A DNA stretch of 53,408 nt from an uncultured Lentisphaeraceae bacterium. GTDB lineage: Bacteria; Verrucomicrobiota; Lentisphaeria; Oligosphaerales; Oligosphaeraceae. The position numbers and the translations under genes are program-made. Shown here piece after piece: positions 35,918 through 43,190 of the stretch (positions are counted from its first letter, which is position 1; each line of letters opens with the position of its first letter). Location of the stretch: NCBI GenBank assembly GCA_964407145.1, contig CAYOUR010000002.1, forward strand, positions 1 through 53,408, given 5' to 3'. The notes beneath the pieces were generated by a model, which searched no databases, was not told the DNA's origin, and worked only from the letters and a program-made list of their open reading frames with translations.

Positions 35918-36609
35918 TGCGGGTCGTCCTTGAACAGGGGAGGAGTGGTGGGGCGGGAAGCGTGGCGCGACTTGAGGCGGGCCAGAAGACCGCGGGGGTC
36001 CCCAGCCGCCGCCGCCGCCGCCGGCGGCGGCGGCGGCGGTTCCGCGCCATTGATGGGCTCTTCCTTTGACTTTGGGAAGATGATGGCCTGCCGCGGGCAC
36101 ATGCGGGCGCAGGCCGGGCAGTCGGTCTTGCAGCTGGCCGGGGCCGTCACCAGGATTTTTCCGGAACCGTCTTTGGAATAAACGCCGAACATGCAGAAAT
36201 CCAAGCACTTGCCGCAGTTGACGCAGCGTTGTTGGTCGATGACGGGGAACCACGGAATCCATTCATCGTGTTCCGGCGCTTCGGGCGGCGGTGGCGGCGT
36301 TGTTGGGGCTGTGTCCTGATCGAAGGTGACGCCGAGCGCGTCTGCGGCCTCGTGGATGCTGCCGGTTCGCAGGTTGATGACGCAGGCGGCCGGGAAGTCC
36401 GGGAACATGGCGTGAATGGCGCGCGGATGGCAGGCCACGATTCGGTCGCAACCGCCGGGCAGCTGCGGCTGCGGCCTGGCCGCCAGGCGGCAGAGGTCCG
36501 GCACGACCGTCACCTGATGGCCGTGGCGACGGCAATTGGCCGCCAGGGCGGCCAGGGCCCGGGAGTCGAGGTGATGATAAAGCCGGCAGGTGCAGAAGAG
36601 GATGTGCAT
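35914..36609 (-). CDS. 4Fe-4S ferredoxin-domain protein with Pro/Ala-rich linker and tail
   Basis: CVNCGKCLDFC and CKTDCPACARMCP motifs. The N-terminal domain has a CxC (ILFCTCRLY). The track start at 36639 is GTG; ATG at 36609 is chosen. Confidence 0.7.
   Translation of the reverse strand: MHILFCTCRLYHHLDSRALAALAANCRRHGHQVTVVPDLCRLAARPQPQLPGGCDRIVACHPRAIHAMFPDFPAACVINLRTGSIHEAADALGVTFDQDTAPTTPPPPPEAPEHDEWIPWFPVIDQQRCVNCGKCLDFCMFGVYSKDGSGKILVTAPASCKTDCPACARMCPRQAIIFPKSKEEPINGAEPPPPPPAAAAAAGDPRGLLARLKSRHASRPTTPPLFKDDPQ
36005..36039. repeat. Perfect (GCC)6/(GGC)n trinucleotide palindrome inside the ferredoxin gene
   Basis: gccgccgccgccgccgcc|ggcggcggcggcggcgg, read directly. On the minus strand it encodes PPPPPPAAAAAAG. 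Confidence 0.95.
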
Positions 36610-36750
36610 GGGCAGGTGAATCCTTTCTCTGCGGAACACGTGGGTGATACGGTAAACGCTGCCTTGTCGGAATGTCGGGTGGTATCGCTGTCCCGTGGCC
36701 CGCGCCGCCGCTGGCCCGGTATTGCCCTTGCGGATGCCGCCAGAGCCGGT

Positions 36751-38070
36751 TCATGGTTTCAGGTCAAAGGCCAGGGCGACATCGCCGTGGCGGAGATAGA
36801 GCTTGCCATTGGCGATGATGGGGTGGCACCAGTGCTGCTGTTGACCGTCACGGATGGGGAAGCGCGAGACTTCGGCAAAGGCGTGCGGGTCCGGTTTGAC
36901 GAGGAAGACGTTGCCGCGCCCGGCATCGTAGAGGTAGATCATGTTGTCGGCGGCGATCACTTGTCCCACGCCCTGTCCGCTGATGCGTTCGGAAAAAATG
37001 GTTTTGCCGGTGCTGGCCTGGATGCAGGTCCATTTGTTGGCGCCATGCGAGGTGCCGAAGAGGTAGTCGCCCAGCCAGACGAAGCCGTGGTGCTGGGAGC
37101 AGAGGTCGAAGTTGGTCCAGAGGACGTTGGCCTGGCTGGCGTCGTCGTTGAGCCGGAACATCATGGAGCCGTGGCCATAGCCGTTGGAGAGGAACAGCCT
37201 GCCATCCTGGTAGACCAGGGAATTGACGATGATGTCATAGCGCTTGATGGTCCGGCCGGCGTCGAGGATTTTGGCGAAGTTGATGGACCAGGCCAGGTCG
37301 CCATTTTCGGGGTTGACGCCGAAGACGTAGTTGGTGGTGGCGCCGACGATCTGGCGGGTGCCCTGGTGCCGAATCATGGTCGGGGTGACGTAGCTGGCCT
37401 TGTCCCGGAGCGATTTTGTTTGCCAGCGGGTGCGGCCGGTTTTGCGGTCGAGGGCGACGAGGGTGGTCTGGGTGCCGCCGGGCGTGACGTAGACGGCGTC
37501 GTCATCGACCAGCGGTGATTCCGCTGTTCCCCAGCCGCCGTTGACGCCGCCGAAATCGTGTTTGGCATTCACCTTCCAGGCCAGCTTGCCGGTTTCGGCG
37601 TTGATGCAGACGACTTCGCCGCTGCCGGAAATCGCGAATACGTCACCTTTGCTGACGCTGGGGGTGGTTCGGGCGGCCGGATAGTCGCGCGACCAGGGGC
37701 TGCCGTATGCGGTCTGCCAGAGCACCTTGCCGTCGGCGATGTCCAGACAGGACATGAATTCGACCTTGCGGCCGTCGTCGTCCCTGATGCCGGTGAAGAA
37801 TATTTTGCCGTTGGCGGTGACTGGCGAGGAATAGCCGGCGCCGATGCCGTCTGTTTTCCAGAGCCTTGGCGGGCCGTTGTCGGGCCAGGATTTCCGGAGT
37901 CCGGTCTCGCGGTAGACGCCGGTGTGTCCCCTTCCGCGCCATTGGCCGACGTCTTCGGCGACGGCGGTGTTGAGGTGGGCGAGCCCCAGGAGGAGGGTGA
38001 GAAGCAGGAAGATTCGGGGCGGTCTTGCGGGCGCGTCCGGCGCCGTCAGGCGGTGGCGGTAGGTCGTCAT
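36751..38070 (-). CDS. PQQ-like (BamB-type) beta-propeller repeat protein, secreted
   Basis: Signal peptide IFLLLTLLLGLAHLNTAVA, then WRGRGHTGVY...GAGYSSPVTANGKIFFTG. First gene of the co-directional cluster. Confidence 0.8.
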   Translation of the reverse strand: MTTYRHRLTAPDAPARPPRIFLLLTLLLGLAHLNTAVAEDVGQWRGRGHTGVYRETGLRKSWPDNGPPRLWKTDGIGAGYSSPVTANGKIFFTGIRDDDGRKVEFMSCLDIADGKVLWQTAYGSPWSRDYPAARTTPSVSKGDVFAISGSGEVVCINAETGKLAWKVNAKHDFGGVNGGWGTAESPLVDDDAVYVTPGGTQTTLVALDRKTGRTRWQTKSLRDKASYVTPTMIRHQGTRQIVGATTNYVFGVNPENGDLAWSINFAKILDAGRTIKRYDIIVNSLVYQDGRLFLSNGYGHGSMMFRLNDDASQANVLWTNFDLCSQHHGFVWLGDYLFGTSHGANKWTCIQASTGKTIFSERISGQGVGQVIAADNMIYLYDAGRGNVFLVKPDPHAFAEVSRFPIRDGQQQHWCHPIIANGKLYLRHGDVALAFDLKP

Positions 38071-38140
38071 GGGCGGCGTCCTTGGTTGAAGGGCTGCTGG
38101 CGGTTGCCTTGAGCTGGGGTTGGCTTGAACGTCGGAAAAG

Positions 38141-38172
38141 GGTCTTAACGGATGTGGGGAAATGGTCTTAAC
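38141..38172. promoter_or_regulatory. Direct repeat GGTCTTAAC x2 (23-bp spacing) in the divergent promoter region; candidate operator
   Basis: ggtcttaac at 38141-49 and 38164-72, 71-102 bp upstream of the cluster's first gene. An inverted partial copy ccttaagac lies at 38434-42. The sites stand out in GC-rich DNA. Confidence 0.35.
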
Positions 38173-38582
38173 AGGTGTCAGTGTCCTGCGTCAGGCCATG
38201 GCCGGTGTGGCTGTGCGGGGGGCGCCTGGGACCGGCCGGGGCTGACATCATTCTGTTTCGGGAGGTGTTTGTGGCGATGGTTTCCTTTGCCGGCAGTTCC
38301 ATGGCACGGCAAACACCCGCTACGGCAGCAGTTGCGGCAATGCGGTCGCATTGACTCGGCTAATATACCGGCAGGTGCGGCGATTTCCCAAAATCAGGCA
38401 GGAAAAGTTTGCTTTTCTAAGGGTCAGGTTTTACCTTAAGACAGAGGTGGTGTGAGATAAGTTTCCAGGTATGGGCGAAGGGTCGGTCGTTCCCGGACCT
38501 ATCCATCTGCCGGCCAGTCGGATAAGCCGGAAACTATTTTTCATCGACGGGGGCGGACGTCATCAGGTCAAGGAGGGTATTC

Positions 38583-40034
38583 ATGCGCGGCAGTGTGGTG
38601 GTCATGTGTTGTCTTTTGGCCGGGCGTTGTCTGGCCGGCGGGCCATGGGCGTTTTCGGAATCGCTGGAGGAGCATGCGATAGTCACGCGGCCGGCGCTGC
38701 CGGTCGTGGGCGAGAAGGCGGAAATAGAGATCAGCCTGCGGTGCGGCGCGGACGCGTCCGGCGCCGTTCAGCTGTTGTTCTCGGTTGACGACGAGCTGAC
38801 CGGCGAAGTCAGTTTGCCGGTGGAGCCGAAAGTGACGACGCCCTATGTGTTTACCTATGAGCCGACGGCGCCCGGCTGGAAGACGGTGAGCGTGGTTGCC
38901 AGGCAGGGCGACCAGAGCGTTGCCGTCAGCCGCGCCATCCCGGTGGTGGCGCACCGGCTTTATTTCCCCTGGTTTGGCTTTGCGGACAAGGCCGCGAAGA
39001 CCTTTGCCCTGGAACGCTGCCGTTTTGCCAACATGGTCCTCAGCCGCGAGGAGGGGGCGTACTGGCGGCGGCGCGGCGTCATGGCCATGCGCTGGCGGGC
39101 CGGCCGATGGAAGCCGAAAAATCCCGGTGACACGTACGGGGACTACCTCGCCGATGGCCTGCAGGAGGCGCTTGCCGACGGGGTGATGATTGACGAAATC
39201 GGCGGCTATGACAATGACCTCCTGCGGGAATTGCCGGCTGTCAGCGGGCTGCGGGACTTCTGCCAGCAGGACCGGGACTTTTTCCTGGCTCTGTGGATTC
39301 CGGGAGTGCCCAAGGAGAGCCTGGTCAATCTCGGCAGGAACAGGTATCGCAAGAAGGGCATCGACCTGCTCATGTTCGAGGTGTACAACAACTATTTGGC
39401 GACCGAGCTGGGCGCTTATGACCCGGTGGCCAGCCTGAAGCAGCGCCTGGACGTGGCCCGCAGCCAGGATGCGCTTTATCATTCGGTCGTCACGATCGGC
39501 ATCAAAGGGCAGGAGAAGGTCTACCACCTCAGCCAGGAGGAGCTGGAGGACCAGGTCAGGACGATTCGGCGCCTGGCGCCGGAAATGCCCGGCCTGGGCG
39601 TCTATGCCGTCGTCCAGGAAGGCTGGGGCGCCGAACTGTCGGCTTTTGCGGACGATTTGTGCGGCAAGTATTTTGTCGGGCCGGTGCTGACGGTTTATGA
39701 CAGTCAGCTGCGGCTTTCGGAGCCGTCGCCGGTCAGGGGCGAGGCGGTGACCCTGTCGACCATGGTCTACAACATCGGCGGCATGGATTCCGGGCCGGTC
39801 GAGGTGGTTTTCCATGACGGCGAACCGACCCGCGGCGGCCGGCGGATCGGCGTCGTTGAACTGGGTTCCATACCAGCCCGCCGCGAGGGCGGTTTCCCGT
39901 CCGGGGCCAAGGCCGAGGTGGTGTGGAAGGCCAGGTCGCGCGGCAGCCGCGAAGTCTTTGCGGAAGTCGTTGCGCAGGTTCCGGGCGAGGTCGTGCTGGA
40001 CCATCTGGCCCGGCGGCGGGTGCAGGTGCGCTGA
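38583..40034 (+). CDS. Secreted hypothetical protein (483 aa), Ig/CARDB-like ends flanking a TIM-barrel-like core
   Basis: Signal peptide MRGSVVVMCCLLAGRCLAG and a strong AAGGAGGG SD. Composition is balanced, unlike the Arg/Pro-rich antisense 776-aa ORF. The domain call is tentative. Confidence 0.6.
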   Translation: MRGSVVVMCCLLAGRCLAGGPWAFSESLEEHAIVTRPALPVVGEKAEIEISLRCGADASGAVQLLFSVDDELTGEVSLPVEPKVTTPYVFTYEPTAPGWKTVSVVARQGDQSVAVSRAIPVVAHRLYFPWFGFADKAAKTFALERCRFANMVLSREEGAYWRRRGVMAMRWRAGRWKPKNPGDTYGDYLADGLQEALADGVMIDEIGGYDNDLLRELPAVSGLRDFCQQDRDFFLALWIPGVPKESLVNLGRNRYRKKGIDLLMFEVYNNYLATELGAYDPVASLKQRLDVARSQDALYHSVVTIGIKGQEKVYHLSQEELEDQVRTIRRLAPEMPGLGVYAVVQEGWGAELSAFADDLCGKYFVGPVLTVYDSQLRLSEPSPVRGEAVTLSTMVYNIGGMDSGPVEVVFHDGEPTRGGRRIGVVELGSIPARREGGFPSGAKAEVVWKARSRGSREVFAEVVAQVPGEVVLDHLARRRVQVR

Positions 40035-40070
40035 ACGGCGCGCGGGAACCGGAGCGAGCAGGGGCAGGAC

Positions 40071-41489
40071 ATGAAGATCGTCGCCGTCGATGTTGGAACA
40101 AGTCGCATCAAAGCCGCTGTTTTCAGCGGGGACGGCGGGATGGTCGGCCTGGCGGACCGTCGTCTGGCCCGCGTGTCCAGTCCCACGACCCAGTCGGCTG
40201 GGGAGTGGGCGGAGGTGACGGAGGCGCTGTTGCGGGGGCTGTCCGGGCAACATGGCCCCGAAGCCGTGGTTCTGACCGGCAACATGCACGCCCTGCTGGC
40301 GGTTGACGCCGCCGGCGAGCCGCTGGCGCCGGCCGTGTTGTGGAATGACACCGGCGCGCAGGCCGAGGCGGCCGAGTTGAACCGCCGTTGCGGCCAGGAG
40401 CTGTTGCGGCGGTTTGGCAACTGCGCCATACCCGTGTTTACCTTTCCCAAGATGATGCGTTTCCGGCGGGAGCATCCTGACGCGTATGCGCGAACCAGGG
40501 CCTTCCTGCAAAGCAAGGATTTCATCGCCCTGCGCCTTACCGGCCAGCTGGTGACCGACCCGGTTGACGCTTCCGGCGTTCTGGGCATGGACTTGGAGAC
40601 GCAGTCCTGGAATGGCGATTTCTTTGCGGAATTCGGCTTGGACGTTGGGCGGATGCCGGAGATTCGGCCGTCCGCGGGGCTGGCGGGCGTGGTCACGCCG
40701 GCGGCGGCGCGGCGGACCGGGCTGCGGGCGGGCATTCCGGTCATCGTCGGTTCCGGCGATTTGGCGACGGCGGCGCTCGGTTCCGGGGTTGACGACGCGA
40801 CCATGTCCCTGACTTTGGGCACGGCCGGGCAGCTGCTGGCGGCCGGCGGGGCGGCCGCGGGCGAGGCTCTGGCTGGCCGGCTGTTTGTCTTCGCCCATGC
40901 CGACCCGCGTCTGCGCCTGTTTCTTGGTTCAGTGCCGGCGGGCGGATTCAATTTTGAGTGGATTGCCAACTTGTTCGGCATGACGGTGCCGGATTTCTTT
41001 GCGGCCGCCGCAGCCGGCGCCGGTGCGGATGAGTTGCCGGTCTATCTGCCCTATCTGCTGGGTCGCGGTGCTCCGTTCATGGACTATGTGCCGGACGGCA
41101 GTTGGCGTGGTCTGACGGCGTCGCACCGGCGTGAGGACTTGTGCCGTTCGGCCGTTTTGGGCACGCTGTCGGCGTTGCGTCAGTCGGGCGACCTGCTGGA
41201 GGAGATCGCCGGTCCGCGTCGCCGTCTGGTGCTGCAGGCGTTGGCGTGTCGGGAGGCGGTCGTGCGCACGGCGGCAGCCGGGCTGTTTGCCGCCAAGCAG
41301 CTTCTGCTGCCGGGGAATTCGGAGGCCTCGCTGGTTGGCGCCGCGGCCCTGGCCTATGCCGGGTTGGGACTGGCGGCGGACATCCCGGAGGCCGTGGCCA
41401 GGCTGTTTCAGGCAACGGCCTTGCCGGCATCGGCGGATGACGCCGTTGGCCGCTATTACCGGCGTTTTCTGGAACGGCAGCGTGGATGA
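40071..41489 (+). CDS. FGGY-family carbohydrate kinase
   Basis: MKIVAVDVGTSRIKAAV (phosphate-1 motif), VLWNDTGAQAE, GSGDLATAALGSG. Confidence 0.85.
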   Translation: MKIVAVDVGTSRIKAAVFSGDGGMVGLADRRLARVSSPTTQSAGEWAEVTEALLRGLSGQHGPEAVVLTGNMHALLAVDAAGEPLAPAVLWNDTGAQAEAAELNRRCGQELLRRFGNCAIPVFTFPKMMRFRREHPDAYARTRAFLQSKDFIALRLTGQLVTDPVDASGVLGMDLETQSWNGDFFAEFGLDVGRMPEIRPSAGLAGVVTPAAARRTGLRAGIPVIVGSGDLATAALGSGVDDATMSLTLGTAGQLLAAGGAAAGEALAGRLFVFAHADPRLRLFLGSVPAGGFNFEWIANLFGMTVPDFFAAAAAGAGADELPVYLPYLLGRGAPFMDYVPDGSWRGLTASHRREDLCRSAVLGTLSALRQSGDLLEEIAGPRRRLVLQALACREAVVRTAAAGLFAAKQLLLPGNSEASLVGAAALAYAGLGLAADIPEAVARLFQATALPASADDAVGRYYRRFLERQRG

Positions 41490-41600
41490 CCGGCCAGGCC
41501 GGGAGTCACTGGAAATGCAGAGGCGCCCGGCGCTGGTGATGAAGACGATGGCGAGGGCGATGGCGCCAATGGCGGACAGGAACACAAGAAGGCTGAAGAC

Positions 41601-42758
41601 ATGCCGCGGTGGTGTTTCCTCATTATTCTGGTTGCATTGGCGCTCCCGGCCGCACGGGCGGCGGAGCCGGAGCTGTTGCGTGACTTCTTTTTGACGCTGC
41701 CGGGTCAGGCTGAGGCCGGCGAGCCAGATGGGCGGTCGCGGGCGGCGGCGGTCGCCGCCGCTCCGGAACCCGTCCGTCCGCCGGTGAGGCCGCGGCCCTT
41801 GCATTTGACCAGGCCGCGGCTTGAGTACTGGGGCATTGCTGCCTGGTCGTGGGCGGCCGCCGCCGGCGTCCTGGCGACCGGCCTGGGCCTGGCCGGTGCG
41901 CGCGCGGCGAAGCTGGCCGTTCAGTCGGAGTCTGGCCTCCGGTTCCGTCATCGTCGGCAGGCGTTGCGGGCCTTGCGTGCGGTCGTGGAGAACGCCGGTG
42001 ATGACAGTCTGTCGGAGGCGACCAGGTGGCTGGCGCAATGGTATGGGTTGCCCGGCGGCCAGGACGGCCAAGAGCTGGCCGCGGCATTGTCCGACCTTGA
42101 CCCGGCCATGGCGGCCGCCGTGGCGGCCTGGGAGGCTGGTCGGTTTGCGCCGGCAGGGGGGGCGGCTCAGGCTGCCCGGGTCTGGCGTGATTTTCTGCGT
42201 CGATGGCTGCGTCGCGGCGGCCGCCGGCAGGGCTGTGGCGGGCTGGCGTCGGCGGGGATGCCGCTGGCCGGCGTTCTGTCGCCGGCCGACCAGGCCGCGG
42301 TCTGGAACCGCCTGGCAAACTTGCCGCAGGAGGTCGCCGCGAGTCATCCGCACGGCTTGCCGGGGTGGTTTTCACCGGAAGCGGCGTTGGTGATGCTGGC
42401 GGTCGCCCTGGCGGGGATGCTGCTTTTCAGCCGCAGGCGGGCCGACGGCGTTCGCTGGCGGCGGCGGGTGCTGTTCGCCATGTTGACGCTGGCGGCCGTT
42501 TTGAGTGCGGCGCGCCTGCTGGTCTGCCATGGCCAGGACCAGGCGCGGCTGCGGCGCCTGGCCGTGGTTGTGCGGCATGAAATCCTGCGCCCGGCGCCGG
42601 GCAGCAGCCTGGAGGCGGGCATCCACCTCGCCCCTGGCGATGTCGTGGAAATCGTGGCTCGGCGCGACGGCTGGCACGAGGTTCGGTTTGTCCGTTGCCG
42701 CGGATGGATTCCGGCAGACGCGGCGATCCTCCGCCGCCAGTGGGAGGCGGCGGAATGA
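41601..42758 (+). CDS. Hypothetical membrane protein with C-terminal SH3b-like domain
   Basis: Signal peptide ILVALALPAARA, internal TM segments, C-terminal GDVVEIVARRDGWHEVRF..GWIPADA. Ala/Arg-rich, so confidence is moderate. Confidence 0.5.
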   Translation: MPRWCFLIILVALALPAARAAEPELLRDFFLTLPGQAEAGEPDGRSRAAAVAAAPEPVRPPVRPRPLHLTRPRLEYWGIAAWSWAAAAGVLATGLGLAGARAAKLAVQSESGLRFRHRRQALRALRAVVENAGDDSLSEATRWLAQWYGLPGGQDGQELAAALSDLDPAMAAAVAAWEAGRFAPAGGAAQAARVWRDFLRRWLRRGGRRQGCGGLASAGMPLAGVLSPADQAAVWNRLANLPQEVAASHPHGLPGWFSPEAALVMLAVALAGMLLFSRRRADGVRWRRRVLFAMLTLAAVLSAARLLVCHGQDQARLRRLAVVVRHEILRPAPGSSLEAGIHLAPGDVVEIVARRDGWHEVRFVRCRGWIPADAAILRRQWEAAE

Positions 42759-42850
42759 TTCGTGCCTGAAAAATGCGGTGCAGGCATGAAAATTCTGCGG
42801 CGGCGGTTTGCAAAGGGCAAAACCGGTGGTATTGTATTGCTCGTGTTCAC

Positions 42851-42937
42851 GCCGGAGTGGCGGAATTGGCAGACGCGCTGCGTTCAGGTCGCAGTGACCG
42901 CAAGGTCGTGGGGGTTCAAATCCCTTCTCCGGTACCA
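42851..42937 (+). tRNA. tRNA-Leu (anticodon CAG), type II with long variable arm, CCA encoded
   Basis: Hand-folded cloverleaf: acceptor GCCGGAG/CTCCGGT, anticodon stem CTGCG/CGCAG with loop TTCAGGT, variable arm GACC-GCAA-GGTC, T-loop GGTTCAAAT. Confidence 0.95.
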
Positions 42938-42950
42938 TCACCAAACAACA

Positions 42951-42991
42951 AAACCCGAAATCAGGCCGCAGGGCCGGGTTTCGGGTTTTTT
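42951..42991 (+). terminator. Rho-independent terminator after tRNA-Leu
   Basis: aaacccgaaa (42951-60) pairs with tttcgggttt (42979-88), followed by a T-run to 42991. Confidence 0.75.
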
Positions 42992-43104
42992 GTTGCCGGA
43001 CGGGGGACTTTTCAACGGCGGGAACGGCGCGCGGATGCTTGTGCATCGTCATCGGTTTGCGGGCGGGAGGCGACTGGCGGAATTGGCCAAGTTGACAATA
43101 CGGC

Positions 43105-43139
43105 GAAAAATAAACCCCGGCGGCATGAGGCCGCCGGGG
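43105..43139 (-). terminator. Rho-independent terminator of the symporter operon
   Basis: 10-bp GC stem ccccggcggc / gccgccgggg (43115-24 / 43130-39). On the minus strand it is followed by TTTATTTTTC. Confidence 0.7.
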
Positions 43140-43190
43140 TGAATCAGGCTTGAACGCGGGGGGCGAGGCCGGCCCGTTTGCCGGTTCGGT

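Noticed and set aside
30435-36609. Plain hopanoid (hpn) biosynthesis locus
   Set aside because: It was not accepted as such. Squalene synthase genes (hpnC/D/E or sqs), hpnG, hpnI/J/K and hpnN are absent from the window, while a polyprenyl synthase fusion and an extra prenyltransferase-like toroid are present. A dispersed hopanoid pathway stays the null hypothesis noted in the finding.
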